Origin: Euglena gracilis
Taxonomy: Eukaryota
Length of the DNA stretch: 64,000 nucleotides
Assembly: GCA_039621445.1 (NCBI GenBank)
Contig: CP154954.1
Coordinates: 49,269,847-49,333,846 of the forward strand
Direction of reading: 5' to 3'
Shown here: positions 22,391 to 37,200 of the stretch, in pieces
Numbering within the stretch: position 1 is the stretch's first letter
Layout: every line of letters starts with the position of its first letter
Position numbers and translations under genes: made by a program
The notes under the pieces: model-generated
Database searches by the model: none
Seen by the model: the letters and a program-made list of their open reading frames with translations, nothing else
What the model was told of the DNA's origin: nothing

Positions 22391-24699
22391 TCCGGCGTTT
22401 TCCATGCGCAGCGGGGAAACTTCAGAAAAAAGATCAGTGCCAGCGTTGATTCCCCTGTTTTTGTTCTGGGGTCCTCCTTGTTTGTTCTTCAAATGCCCAC
22501 CTGGCATCCAGATGGACAAACCAATTGAAAGGCCCTGCCTTTCAATTTTTCGGAAAGTTTTTTTTTAAAACTTTTCCTCTCTTTGCCTGGATGATTTTCC
22601 GCCACAAATCGCTGCCATTGCGTTGTGCTTTGTATGGGCCTGACTGGGTCCCCCCCACACTATTTCACATAACAAAAATCATCTTCTTGGCCCAGGGCCA
22701 ATGCAATCCAAGTTGACATCAATCAGCCAATGGGGCCAAGGTATCAAGCGATTATTGGTTTTGTACATGGGGAAGGGGGGTTTGACCCCCCGCCCCCCCA
22801 GGGGGATGGGGGTCCGGACCAACCATCCCCCCCTCCAGGCCGAGGGGGGTCCAGGGACCCCTGGAACCAATAAAACTATTTTCTTCCCCGGCGCTTTGCA
22901 CCGGAAAGCTTAATTTGGTGGGAAAAAAAATCCCCCGAAAACGCACTTTTTAAAGCCCTCAACAGTTTTCCCTGGGGTGGGTCGACCCCCTACCCCCCCC
23001 CCCTCGCGGGAGGGGTTCTGGGATCACCCCCTCCCCCTCCCCCCCCCCCTCTGTTTGGGGGGCCCATCCCCCGACCAGGGGGTGACAAGTGCAGGTGTTT
23101 GGTGAATCTGACGACCACCACCACCACCACCTCACCCAACCCCCCTGGCGGATCCCACTGCTGAAGGGCAGCTGGGGTGTGGTCAGATTTGCGTGGCCAT
23201 CTTTCCGCTGGAAGCAGTTTTCGTTTTCTTTTCGTTGTGTCGGCTTTCTTGGCTTTGGCAATGGTGGAAATATGTTTTGTGTGCATCGCGTGCTTTTTCA
23301 TTTCATTTTTTTGTATGTATATTCCCCCCTTCTTTTTGAAGCTGAAACCTGGCGCTCATTAGTCGAATTTGGTCTGCACATACAATGGCAACAATTGCAC
23401 AGAAGGGTAGCCCCCCCCCCCAAACCCACCCATGCCCCATACCCACCCACACCTCACCCACACCCTATGCTTACAGCTGCCTGACCACCTGTCTCTGTGT
23501 AATTATGGCTCATTGGCCCCTATTCACCTCTCCACTAACCCAGCCCAACAGCGAGGTACACAACAATGTGTGCGCCCATCATATCTTGTGAACCCCCTTG
23601 CCCTGAACAGGAGTTGTCTGGATTGTCTTGTTTGTCACTTTTTTTTTTACAGCAATACCAATGCTTAGTGAACGTCCCCTGTCTGGGCTGCCTAGATTTC
23701 AGATTGACATTGGCACATGAGCACTGTTGTGGACGGCAACCTGAGACAATATTTTTTCCTTCCCTGAGGAGGTCATTTTCTGCTGTGCAAGCATTTTTGC
23801 AAAATTTCATTCCATTGTGCAAAATTGCGATATGTGATTGTCATTGTGTCCAAGAATTCTGGGAATTCCCCCCCCCTTTTACCCGGCGGCCTCAACCTCG
23901 CCACCCTGGGCTCGTCCCTCCACCTGCAACCTCGCACTCCGTCCCCTCTCCAACTTGCGCAGTCACCTCTTCCTTTCCTCCCTCTTCCTTCTTCCCTCCT
24001 CCGCTTTGGTATGCGGGCTGGGTAGTTCCCGCTTTGGTTGTGCGATCAATGGTGACGTGTCCTCGTGTTAGCTTGCGGTGACCTGCATGTATGCCCTGGA
24101 TTTGCTGCATCAGTGCGCCGGCCAGGCTCGAAGCTGAACATTTGGCCTTGGTGGGATGGCTTGTGGGGGATGAATCCAATCAGCCCCGCGATGCGCATCA
24201 ATATTTTATGCGGCACACCACACAAAAGTGCATGGAAAACGGGCGCCCGTAGTTCGGCACATATTTTTTTTACTGGATTATTGTCGGCCACCCCGACAAC
24301 AACACCGCAAACAACACAGGTTGGGTGTGAGGGATGCGCCCCCACGCCAGCACAGAGGCCGCTCTGTTTCCCCCAGGGAGACTGTGATGGGCTCCGCCGG
24401 ATGAATGCTGCCTCGGCCCCTTCGGCTGCTCCTCCAGCCCCGGGGACAAACCCCATCAAGAAGCCGCAGCGACCCTTGCCTCTGAGCAAGCCTGCCGGGC
24501 TGGTCCCTGGACTCCCCTGTTCGCGTTGGAGGGTGCGGGTGGGTGTCTGTGCACACGGGCGTGCACGCATGCACACCTGCGTCCCCACGCACATTTGTGT
24601 GCATTTTGAGTGCGGTTTCACACCCTCGCAGGGTCCAGCTGGAAGGAGCGAACCAGCCAGTACCTACCACTGACAGATCAACAACACAAGCTAGGACCA

Positions 24700-27600
24700 G
24701 TGGTTACACTCCGGAGCCCAGCCCCTGCGTCGCGGACGAGCTATGCCACCATTTGCCGCATGACACCTGCGGGCAGTTCCTGAAGAAGTACATCGAGTAC
24801 CTCATGATGCCAGAGAAGGGCCAGTCATCGGGCTGTCCCGTCTATGGTCCCCCCCAACTTTTCATTTTTCTGTCACACCACAAATCTCCAAATCCGGCTG
24901 GACCTGGGCCAGGATTTGGACACGTCCCTCGGCATACCTGAGTGGGGGGGTTTTTTAAGCCCTCCCCCCCACCCCCGACCAGACCAGTGTTGGGTGCCCC
25001 AGCCTGCCGCAGAGAGCCGGTGGGAGTCCCCCAGCACGCTGTACTTCCTGCTGTACTTCCTCGCCATCACGCTGACGATGTGCATGCAGCTCGGCCTGCT
25101 CGTCATCGTCTCCGTCGCCCTGCGCGACGCGGCGGTGGACAACGCCGGCGAGGTGGTGGTGGTGACCCGCCCCGGGCGTGTCCCCTTGCCAAGGGTGGGT
25201 CGGGCGGGCGTTCCGCTGTCCACATGAGCCGGGACTGTCTACCTCCCTGGCTTCCCATAGTCATTTTCCAACGCAACCACCTGTTTGTTCTTTTTTTTTT
25301 CAACAGCCTGTAGCCCCCTGGAACAGACTGAAATTTAAGGCGGTGCCGACCCCACCCTGGGGGGGGGGGGGCTGCCTGGGCAGGCACTCCAAGACACCCA
25401 GATCCAATCCCCCGGGGTTGGGCACATGTCCAAAAGTGCCTGGGCACTCGGCCAAGGCACTTCCGGCGCCGAAGTCGCCAGAAGCCCAGAAAAGCCCATT
25501 TCTGGGTACGTTTTGGCCCACAACCAGGCAGGCACCGACCCCCCCCCCCCGGGGGGGGTTATGCCTGCCTGCCTGCCCAGGCACTCCAGGGCACTCCGAG
25601 CCCCCCCCCCGGGTTGGTCAGGTTCAGCCAGCAAAAAAACTCTGATTCCCCCGTCCATTTTCTGCTTGTATTCCAGGCAGGTCGGTCCTGTAAGCAAATC
25701 TGTTTGATGTGAAAAGGTCCTGGTCGCCACCGACGCTTTTCGAACTCCTGACGTCATCGTCCCCAGCAACCAGGCTCCCTCCCCTGGCCCTGCCCGGCCG
25801 GAGGGTGGTGGTGCTCCTCGTGGTGTTCCTGCGGCTGCTCACGGGGGACATTGCCCACGCCTCCATCCTGTTCCGCGTCGTGGACGTCCTGCTGGCCTGC
25901 GGTGTGCGCAGCCCCGGCCCTGCATTGCGCCGGACTGTGTGCTGGGGCCAAACCCTCTCCCCCCCAACCTGCGGCCTCGGCTGGCGCCGGGGCGGACGGA
26001 GGAGAAGGGGTGGCGGGCGCGGTTCGTCGCGGCCTCGCCCCTGCTCATCACCACGTCCCTGGCCGCGTTCCAGTATGCCATGGGCCTAGGCCCAGGGGGG
26101 GGGGGGGGAGTCTCCGACCTTCCTGGAAAATGCCGCTTTGCGGGCGGGGCGAACGCGTGGGGGGTAGCTCTTGGCCCGGCCATGTGGCAGGGGACCCCAC
26201 CCTTCTTTGGCGCCGTGGCCAACGCCCCCGCCCCCCTGGCCGGGAGTGTTCTGGCTGTCGTATGTGCTAATCGGGTCGTCCCCGGACACGCTGTCCACCA
26301 TTTCCAACGCCCTGGTGGTCACGTTTGTGGAGGAGGTCAACGAGTACATGGTGCCCAGCCCTTTGTCCAGCCACACGGATTGGGGGGGATTCCTGAGACC
26401 CTTATGAACTTGGCGCGGGGTTCTTTCGTACACCAAGATTCCCTCTCAAAAGGCTGAAGCTGGTAGGAACCCCGGGGGAATCCTGCCAGCCAGCCAGAAG
26501 AATTTTTCCAGCCCTGTACCCCCCCCCCTCATCAAGGAGTTTTAATTTCTGTCCAACTGCCCTCTCTTGCAGCAGATTTTTCAGTTTTGAATGAGGCAAA
26601 AATGGCTGAAAACAGGCCGAAACAGGTGTTAAGTTGGGCAGCCTGGCTGTGTTTTTGGATCAAAATATTTAGCGCCGAAGGTTGTTTTTTTTACAGTTTA
26701 GGAACCCCAACAATCCCCCCATATGGTTTGCATTTGTCGTGGAGACCGGAGGGGCGGGGGTGCAGAGGACGAGGGCTGCCGCCAGACTTCCTCCGCTCCC
26801 AGGAGGCCCACCTCCGGCTGGCGGCCCTCGTGCCCGCCAACCGCATGCGCCGCGTGCTGGTGCTGACCGTGCTGGCGTACGCGCTCTTCGTCCTGCTCTT
26901 CCCCCTCCTCCTGTCCGTGCTGTTCATCACGTTGTGGACCCTCAGCATGGCCAGGCCGGGCCGCAGGATGGATATGCACCCAATCTTTGTTCCGACAGCT
27001 CGCGTCAAAGTTTGGACCCCGGAGTGGGGCTATTGGTGACCCCTCCCTCCTCAGGGGTGGTTAGGGCTGAGGAGGCACTCTCCTGGAGGCGCCATGCAGC
27101 GTGTACCGACCTCCATCCCATTTAGGCTGCGCATCTAAGCAATTCCTAAGCATTTAAGCTTTTTTCGCCGATTTGCGCATTTTTGAAAACTGCAGCTGTG
27201 CAGCCTGCAGCGACCTCATCCCGCCCCTCCCCTCCTTCCCTCAACCCGAGTGGCGCACCCTGCAGTCGCTGCTGCTTCTGCTGGGCATCATCGCCTCGCG
27301 GGAGACGAAGCGGAAGCTGCACTTCATCCTGGACTTCGTCGTGTTCTACTCGTGTCTGCCCACCCTTCTGCTCTGAGGCGTTTGGCGCCGCTTTCTGTCC
27401 GCCGGTTCTGAGAGGTGGGAAAACCGATAGCAACCTATGGCAGAGCGTAGCTTAAGAAAATTTGACCCCCCCCCCCGGGCCGGGGGGTCCAGCCAACCAG
27501 CAGTTTTTTTCCCAGCCCCGGACCCCCGTCCCCCGCCCTTTGGGCAATTTTCTGGACATTTTTGCGCTTTCGATTTTTCATCACCCAGATCGACCCCTGG

Positions 27601-28500
27601 GCCCTGGGGGGGGGGGGGCAGCCAGGAGCCTTTTTCCAGCCAGCCCAAATTTTCAAGCCACTGAGATGGACCCCCCGGGGGTTTAAAAATCGCCCTGGGG
27701 GGGCATCTGGGCCGCGTCCAGTTCCAGTCACCAGCAACCCACCCGGTCCTCCAGCAGCCCATCCCTAACACCGCACCAGCACGCCACACCACTTGGTCGA
27801 CGGACCCGAGGACCAAGGGCCTTGGCCACCGTTTGTCATCACGGCGTTCCTGCTGCCGGGGGTGACGGCCTCCGCCTGGGCCACCCTCGTCGCGGTGCTA
27901 CGCGGGGCAGCGCCTCTGCCTTGGGAGGCCGCTCCATCTGGAGCCGGAAAGGGGACACCAGCGGCCTCTCACATCCCACTTCAGGCTGTGTTGTGCAATT
28001 TCAGTGAGAGCAAACCTACACACGTATATGTGTGGGTTTGGTTGTCGTCCAGCCAGGGGCTTTGGCCCGGGGCCATTTGGTTTACGCCAATAGCACCAGA
28101 AATCCACGAATTCCTTCCATGGTGTCTTTGTAACCCCATACCTCTTCCCCACCCCCAAGCGAGTTGAAATGGCTGCCGAAGGCAACTTAGGTAATTTCTT
28201 TCTGCAATGCCAATTGTTTTTGTATTTTTTCTGCCCTTTCGATCCTGAGCTTCTGATGTCGAATGCAAGTTTCTGGAAACTCAAAACGGACGCCATCGGC
28301 CACCGTGCCCAGTTTCGCCGCCAGGGTGGTCCGGTTCCGGGACCCCACATCCGCCGGGGGGGGGGGGGACCAATGGTTCGGGAGGCGCCGCGCCGGCCCG
28401 GCGGTGCTGTTCCTCCACGGCCTGGGCATCATGCTGCCGGTGCTGCGCCACATGCCAGCCTCCGTCGTCCACGAGCACAAGGGCTGCCGGCTCTGCTGCT
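24700..28500 (+). CDS. Multi-exon multi-pass membrane protein, paralog B; ends uncertain
   Basis: Exons ~24705-24820, 25013-25165 (TLTMCMQLGLLVIV), 25795-25897 (GDIAHASILFRVVDVL), ~25998-26089, 26244-26350 (GVFWLSYVLIGSSPDTLSTISNALVVTFVEEVNEYM), 26770-26950, 27200-27372, 27820-27903, 28395-28490. Motif order is collinear with paralog A. Confidence 0.65.
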
Positions 28501-30647
28501 GACCCGCAGCAGTGGGGAGACCGTCCACCTCCCGTTGAGCAGACTGGGCAGATGGCCGGCAAACGTAATTGGGGAGCAGCCCACCTCCTTTCCGGTGCCT
28601 TCCTTCGACACCAGGTGGCCACTTTTGGGCATTGTTAGCCGACCGGGGGGGGGGGGTCTGGAGCAAAAAAAAACGAGTCAGTCAGTCCAAAAAAAAATCC
28701 GTCGGTCAGCCCGCCAGCCAGCAGCCGTTTTCCGGCTTCGGACCCCTCTCCCATCGACGAGTTTTGCAGCCGTTGGAAGGGCGGCTGGTCGATAGTGGAT
28801 CCTGCCTTTTTGCAGGGGTGCAAAGGTTGGCTGTGGGCACAAATTTTTGGTCAAAAAGGTAAAACGTTTTCCCCCCATAACCAGTTTTGGGTTTTTTGCA
28901 GTGTCGACTTTTGATTAATCGGGCTAGTTCCATTCCGGGGGGGGGGTCAGCCAACAGCCTTTTTCCAGCCAGCCCAAATTTTCCAGCCAGTGCCAGCTAT
29001 CCTGTCCTCGTGGGGACCTGTCTCCTTCCCCTGTCTCCTGGCTTTTTTTTGAGAATTTCTGCATTATTTTATTGAAAGGAATCCAAACCCTCTTTCCCAA
29101 GTCAAAAAAAATTGAAGGTGCTTTTTTCCCCAGCCACAAACACGCAAATAAATCAAAATTTTCTGATTTTTTTAGTTGGTGGGGAATATCCTCTAGTCCT
29201 GCACTCGCGGCCTGTCCTCATTGAAACTTGTTGAATACCTCTGCATTAGCCAACTTGGCTTGAGACAGTTTCCCGGGGCGGCATGCACCCCCCCCCTGGC
29301 TAGAGGACTTTTTTTTTGGTAACACAACCCTATGTCCAGAACAGATGTTGCCTGTCGTTCGACCGAGGGGGGAGGAGGGTAAGCAAGGAAGGTACGGGAT
29401 ACCTCCCCCGGAGCCCTGAGAAACTTCTGCTTCAAATTCCCCAAAAGTGAACTGGAAAAATTGTTTTGTTGTTTTTGTTTGTTTGTTGTTTTGGGGGGGC
29501 TTTCCTTCCTGGACGCCTGTTGAATGGCAGTGGACGTGACCGATCAACCAATGCTGGATCTCCCGCTCCGCAGGGAGGAGGAAGCTCATTATGCACCTGC
29601 TCAACCTTTCCATCGGGTTTTTTTTGGCCCTATCTTATTTTGCACTACTCCCTCTACTTACCAAGTGACCTGGTCAGCTTCTTGTCACATAATTGGATGA
29701 TGCATGGGGAAGGACTGGCATGGGACCAATGAGCTTCCATCACAACAGGTGCCGTACAGAAGTGTTTATTGTTGCTCTTCTTCAACCAACTATCCATGTC
29801 GTCGAATTCGGGTATGACGGATTTACAAGTGCTACAACAGGTGCAACATAAAATGTTATGTCATCAAAAAGACAAATTCCGCCAACCAGAAACAACAGGG
29901 TTGCAGTCAGTGAAATGGCCTTTTCCCCGGAGGGCCTGGGGTTTGGGGGTGGGTGAGTTCACCTTTGGCCTGGAGGGGTCCCCACCATTCCGCCGCCACG
30001 TCACGTCACCTTGACAGGAGGGCCATTTCCGCCTGGGCGATGCACAGCGGGAAAAAACAAAGCAAAGCTCCCTTTGCTTGGCCCCGCCGGCGTTTATGTT
30101 GGCCGGAGGCGTCAACTGTGAGACCCGGTTGGTGGGTCGGGACGTCTCCCCCTGGCTTTGTGTCGAACCAGCCCAGTTTAGGGAACGTTTTTTTTTGTTG
30201 GCATTTTCCCAATGCTTGGTGTGATAATTCCAGAGAGTGTCCCTCCCCCTCCAGTGTTGATTTGAGGTTCTGAGTGCCGTCTTGGGTATGCATCCGCGTC
30301 TTTCCCCACCGGCCCCCTCTGCCCTCCATACATGTGGTGTGTTGTTTGCATGGCACGCGATACTCACTCTGCACCCCATTCCATGTCCACTGCGAAATGC
30401 ATCAATCTCTGTGAACCTTCTCCAACTCCAGCCAAGGCTTTTCTGAAAGGGGCAGAGAGTCCCACCCGATGATCTGTCAACAAGCACTCTGACCCAAACT
30501 CGGGAATCCCATCTATCAAAGATTGTTTCTACAGAACTCAATCTGATTTGTTCATTTGTATATTTGGTGTAGGTCATCAATGCACTTTGTAGCACATACA
30601 GCACAAACCTGGGTAAGGGCGGTGCGGGTTTAGAGGATGGTTATGAC

Positions 30648-32367
30648 CAAGCACCTATAGCTAAAATGGCCTAAAATGGCCTAAAATGGCCTAAAATGGC
30701 CTAAAATGGCCTAAAATGACTTTTTGACCCCCTATAGATGGGGGTCCCTAAAATGGCCTAAAATGGCCTAAAATGGCCTAAAATGGCCTAAAATGGCCTA
30801 AAATGGCCTAAAATGGGAAAAATTCTGTTGCACAACAATTTTTTTGTGAACTACTGAAGCCATTCAGGCAATGACTTTCAATGTCCTTTGTTAATGCGGA
30901 CGGCAAACAGTGGATTTGGTGGAGGAGCACAGCCCCACAAGGCCCATGGTTTTATCCTAATAACACTCGTATCAGTCCCCAAATTCACAGCCCCAACCTT
31001 TTTTTGGTGGCTGAATTTTGAAGGTTTGGACAGATTATTTTTTCTTACTCCTATCTTGTTGGTTTGCACCGATGTTTGTTTCGCAAATAATGAAACGGAA
31101 GCATGGGGAAAAAGTCAAAACAAAGATGAAAGATGTTGGAAAAATCTCAATTGAAATATAAAATTCTAGCATCATATGAATATAACTTTTGTAAGTAAAT
31201 TTAATGTTTCAATTTTTATGAATAGACATAAAATTATTATGGATATTCTATGTATTTTATGTGGATATTTCGTGTGGGTATTTTATTATTATTAATTTTG
31301 TTGATATATTTTCCATATTTATAAAGATTTTATAGTCATCAATTTTTAATTGTAGAATTAAAAATATAACATTAACATTATATTTAATGCAGTTTTAGTA
31401 ATACAAATAACACATGTTTTCATACAATACAATCTTAGTAATAAAAGAGAAATAATTTGAAATTAATAAATATATGTACTAAGTAAAAATAATTTTTATT
31501 GATATAATGTGTAATTGTACAATAATTATTACTGCAATCATATTATCAATAAAATTGGAATAATTTTGGGATATATAATATGATAGCATATGATATATGT
31601 TATCCGTCAATAGGTACAGGATTAGGTTTATATATTTCACTTTTTGCCTGGTGAAATTCAATTTGACTTTGGCATTGTTTTAGGCATGTATATCATTCAT
31701 TTTATTATTATGATAAGTATTTAAAGAATAATTATTAAGATCTGTAATACAAATAAAAATTCATTGTATTTTTTGGAAATAATTTTTTGTTTGTATTATG
31801 GATCTTAATAATTATTCTTTAATATTTATCATAATAATAAAATGAATGATATACATGACTGAAACAATGCCAAAATCAAATTGAATTTCATTAGGCAGCA
31901 GCATTATCTTTCAGAAAAAATGACTTCTTATTGCGAAATTCCGCAAAATGGTGTAGAATTCACAAAAAAAAACGGGAGCCTTTTTGGTAGCACAAATTAA
32001 AAAAAATTATTTTTTGTCCAACGTTTTTTTTCTCTGAAAATTTTATCTACCGTAAATTCTTATTGTTCAGAATTCCTCTATGAATATGAATATAGACTTG
32101 CCGAGCTTCCCATTGTTTTGAATTTTGCATGCTTTTTTGGATGTACATTTGTTGTTACTGAACAAGAGAAGGTTTGCACACGTTATGATACTTTTTTCGG
32201 GACAAAAATGACGCAAAATTATGATTTTCAGAACCCCCACCTATACCTTAAAATGGCCTAAAATGGCCTTAAATGGCCTAAAATGGCCTAAAATGGCCTA
32301 AAATGGCCTAAAATGGCCTAAAATGGCCTAAAATGGGGAAATTTTTGGGCTTGACTATAGGTGCTTG
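30648..32367. mobile_element. Non-autonomous hAT-like element, CAAGCAC family (1.7 kb)
   Basis: Perfect TIR CAAGCACCTATAG/CTATAGGTGCTTG; perfect TSD GTTATGAC (30640-30647, 32368-32375); (TAAAATGGCC)n arrays near both ends; AT-rich core with no transposase ORF. Confidence 0.92.
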
Positions 32368-32528
32368 GTTATGACTGGGAGAATGGTCCCGGAGTGCGTG
32401 CAAGCCCCCTCTTTTCTAGCACCACCTTTATCTAAGCCCCCAGTTGAGCCCCATCTTTTATAAGGTTTTTTTTGTGTCTTTTTTAAGGAATATATCAGGA
32501 AATTTCTATGTTTATAATATATATATAT

Positions 32529-32641
32529 ATACATACATACATACATACATACATACATACATACATACATACATACATACATACATACATACATACATAC
32601 ATACATACATACACCTATATACATATGTATGTATGTATGTA

Positions 32642-32700
<59 letters not shown>

Positions 32701-32965
32701 ATGTGTGTGTGTATGTATGTATGTATGTATGTATGTATGTATGTATGTATGTATGTATGTATGTATGTATGTATGTATGTATGTATGTATGTATGTATGT
32801 ATGTATGTATGTATGTATGTATGTATGTATGTATGTATGTATGTATGTATGTATGTATGTATGTATGTATGTATGTATGTATGCATGCATGCATGCATGC
32901 ATGTATGTATGTATGTATGTATGTATGTATGTATGTCTGTCTGTCTGTCTGTCTGTATGTATGTA
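32529..32965. repeat. Compound (TACA)n / (TCTG)n / (TATG)n microsatellite
   Basis: Directly visible; source of the HTYI/MYVC pseudo-ORFs. Confidence 0.95.
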
Positions 32966-34225
32966 TCTCTGAATCCTGATTTGGTGAGATTTTGTTGATT
33001 TTTGCGCCAACATGTCTGTAAGTTTAGCAGTGGACCCCCCCAAATGGGAAATTTGTCTTTTTCAACGGCCCCCTTGTCGGTTTGTCTCAGCACCCCCTAT
33101 TTTGACAAATTCAGCACTACCACCCCAGTTCTTCCCCATCTTTTTTTAGTTCTTAGACAAGGGGGGAGGCATGTTGCCTTTGCAGCGACCCTTGAGGTGC
33201 AACATGTTCTTTGAAATGAACTCAGTGGCATGTTATTTTCCGAACCTATGCGTACAGAAGAGCCTGCTTCAAACCATGACTCACTCACCGTAGCGAACCG
33301 TCTTGACCCTTTTGACCCTTGTAACATAGACCAGAGATAGTTCCTCCCAGAGCTTTGGCTTTTTTGTATGATCCTTGTCGTTGTTTTGTGCATTTCTTTG
33401 CCTTAGCAGTTTTTATTTTTAACAAAACATATCTCACTGATGGGTTATGCATTTTGTTCGGATCAAAAATGGATTTGCTGTGAACATTGTTGGACCTTTT
33501 TTTTTCACACCATTGACTGGGTGGATTTCTTTGCCATCTGACTGAATCAGTGGCCGCTGGGGTTTCCTTGGCTGTTTTTCACACCGATATTCCATTTGCA
33601 AGTATAACATGCGTAAGCTTAGCCTTCATGAAAATTTGGCGCCTTTTTTGGAGTTTAAAAGCATAATTAATATCATTTACTTGAGAAATCAATCACCTCC
33701 AGGGGATGGGTAAGGATCATTTTTGAGAAGGATTTTATCCAATCCAAAGGTCATGTTTGGGAAAGGGCACCGATTCTTAGGTCGAACTTTTCTTTTGGTG
33801 CCTTCGGTGCCGAAGGATTTTTTCCTCGCGATGCTGCGATGGGTGGGGGGATCAATCCACCCCCACCAGGCCTTCCTGTACAGCCTCAGCAACAGACTTA
33901 AAACCAGGCAGTCACTCAGAAGTAACCAGTCAACCACTTCTCCCCCCTCCCCGGTAAAACTTGCGCAACTTCACAATGGACACGCTCAAAGGTCTCACAC
34001 ACAGGGCACGGTCGAAGGGCACGCTGAAAGGCACTCAAAGGGCCGTTCTCTCACTGCATCGCGAAATGTGTTTCAAGTAGTTATGTTCGGCATCTGCGTC
34101 ATAGCCACGCTGAATTAAAAGCGGTGGGGGGCACCCCCCCGGCCTACACCCTCCTTGTGCGGACCCTGCCCCTGCCCCCCTGCCCAGCCATCGCCCCGGC
34201 CGCCTGCGGGGTTGCATGACGTGAA

Positions 34226-37200
34226 ATGCCGTTCTACGTCAACATTCTGCTGGATCGCACCCTGGAGGACCTGGGCAAGATTCGGGCCAGGACGCCCCCA
34301 CGGGTGAAGGGGGGTCGGATTCTGTTCTGGGGGAAAGCGCCTCTGGGAAATAACTAGTCTTTGTCCTCCAAGCCCAGTTAACCAATTCACCACACCCGCC
34401 ACTGTTTTGAATTTTGAGAAGAGGATTCCGATATTTTTCACTGAACATGGAAGGCTTCCAATTTTCATTTTGATTATTGGTCTGCCTCGATCAGCATGTG
34501 TTGTTTGCCAGTGGGTTGGGAGGTTTGTTTGTGGGCTTTCCATGTGCCCGTTTGCGTTCATCAGTGGCCCAAAGGATAACCCCCGGACAGGTCCCAGTGG
34601 GGGTTGGCCTGCCACCATCCATGGTGGACGTCAGCCGTGCGGCGACGGCAGCGGCAAAGAACGTGAACCTCCTCCTCCAGACCCCTCCGGCCCCCTCAAG
34701 GCACTGGGTGGCCAGTGTTAGCCCGCCGTGCTGAGGGAAACCTGCCTACCTACCCCCCCCCCCCAGATCAATGTCCTCCCCGGGAAACTGTGGCACTCAG
34801 GAAACTGTTTTCAACCCTGTGAACCCACTGTCTCCTAATTATGTGCTCGCTTACATCTTGTTTAAGCCAGTGGCCCCTCATTGCACAGGCTTCAACTGAT
34901 TTTTTTGTGGTTTCCTGTGGACCCAAGTGCAAGGACAATGCAACAGGACACATCAGTCTCACATTTATTTTTTGCATTTAACCCCCCCAAATAGCATATC
35001 CTAAGTAATAACCTCACTTGGACTCGATCTCGGTTGCCCATTTAATATTCACCCACATCTTTATTAACCTCTACAGGAAAAAATTGAGTTGGAACATATT
35101 TTGTGCAAATTTTCCATGGTTTCTGCCATGTTCGGATTGAAAATGGAAAGGAAAATACTAAAATTAAATAAATAAATGAATAAAATTGGCAAAAATTGCA
35201 CCTACCATGGATTTTGATGATGCAGCAGATTTACAACATATGTCGCAGTCAAGAATTTACACCCATTTTTGGGGTTGGTGTTGTGAGTGAAGAATTATTT
35301 AATTTCATCAGGGGGAAAAACGCAAATCCATTTTTTGTGTGTTTTTTTTTGCCTTTTTCGATTTTAGCAAAATTTGCGGTTTTTTTGCTTTTTTTTGCAA
35401 TTATTTTTCCCGACGATTTTTGGATTTTTGTTAGAAGGTTAGTTTGAACATGAAACATTTTTTGTTTGACCCTGATTTTCCCCCCAGACCAAAATTTTTG
35501 TCAATTTTCTGTCATCTTTGTTTTCAATTTTCTGTCAATTCAAGTCTGAGCTATTTTGGGTGGTCATTCTGGTATTTTTTTTCCGAGGTGTCTGGCGTAA
35601 ATTTCACTAGGCAACTTCCGCCTAAGACCTTTGATGCATCTTTTGTGGCCCCCATTCTCACACCACCCACCTCGTGGTTTCGTGTTCTTCGTTGGAGCAC
35701 GGCCGGCAGGCCGGGGGGGGGGGGGGCTTTCCGATGGGGATCCTCTGCCAGGGGGCCGGCGCCCAGCTCCCTGGGGGCGGACTACCTGCTGAAGACGCTG
35801 GAGCGGGCAGTGCCCCTGCGGGCGAAGGAGGCCGGGATCCAGCTGCGGCTGGTGCGCCGGCCATGGCCTCCCTGGCCCTCTCCCGGATCACCCACCCCCC
35901 TCAGGTCTCCCCCCAGGGCTCCCCCAGGGTAATTTTTTTTTCGTTGTCTTGTTATGGCTTTTCCGTTGTTGTAATACTTTGTATTTGATTGTGGGAATGA
36001 GTGGTTGGGCATGCCATCTACAGGTGCATCATGGATGGGTTCAGCATAGGTGAAGTTTATTCGAAGGTTCTTGAATCGCCTTGCACGATTTCCCCGGTGT
36101 ATGGTTGACCGCTGACTGGTTCCTGCCTGTGGGGAAGGCGGGAATTAAGAGGTACACTGATACGATCCCGGGGTCCCACACCACCCTGGGTGGGTGGCCG
36201 CACCCACGGTCTCAAAAGGAAGCCTGCACCCCACATCAGACAATGGAGGTTTTGACTGAAGTTTCTGAAACCCGGGATTAGAACGCAGTAGACACGTAAA
36301 GAGGTTGCGGGAACGGAGTGTCCCCACAAGTCAACCCAGGGGACCATCGTGCTGCTGCCAGATGGACCGGCTGCTGGTGCCCCCCGCCTGGCCTAGTGCC
36401 AGTATCTAGCCTTCCTCGCCTCCCAGTGGGTAGCACACTTCAGTCAGTATACCGCAGAAAAGAGTCTTCTGTACACCGCCGCACCCCCGCCGCTGGGGGG
36501 GATCGAGTGAAATAAAGTTGGGTCCAGCCTGGCTGGAGGCTGGGCCAGCCAGCTGCAGGCTGGCCAGCCAACTGGGCTGCCCAGCTCACCAGCGGTCCCT
36601 CCATTTTTTTTCTCATCACAGCTTCCTCCATCACAGCCCCCCAGCCTTGATCTATCTCCATCCATCAAAATGTCGAGAAGGCAAAAATGTTTTAGAAAAT
36701 TTTGTTTTTCATCGACCCAGCCCAGCCCAGCCCCCTCCAGCCCCGGCCCCCCCCCTATCCCCTGGGGGGGGGGAGGTCCAGCCAGCAGCTCGTTTCCAGC
36801 CAGCAGCCTTCTTGCCAGCCGGAGGCTGGACCCCCCGGGGGGGGGGGGGTCCTTAAGAAATTCCCTGGCCATGGCAGCCTTGGTTGCTTGCTGCGTACAC
36901 TGCCGGGCGAATCATTTTGCCACCGCATTGAGCTGCCGGGTGGCGCACCGGTGGACAGCAACCGCCGATGGGGCGTTGGCGTTGGGCCCCGGGCCGGGCG
37001 GGGGCGGCGATGCTGGCCATCATCGACCGCGTCGACATGGACGCGATGGCGGCCTACGCCGAGGCTCGGGGGTCCTCGGCGGCGGGCTGCCTGGACTGCG
37101 TGGCGCGGGCGGGCCGGCTGTGCGGCTGCGACGGCTGTGACAACGGCGCCCGGGGCGATGCCCCTCACCGTCTGCCACAACGCTGCGGGGTCCTCGGTTA

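Noticed and set aside
30648-32367. Possible autonomous transposase or organellar insertion in the AT-rich core
   Set aside because: No ORF with recognisable motifs; the segment is bounded by TIRs and partly shared with a second copy.
32355-33093. HTYI/MYVC ORFs, and similar ORFs at 13 kb, 49 kb and 62-63 kb
   Set aside because: Microsatellite artefacts.
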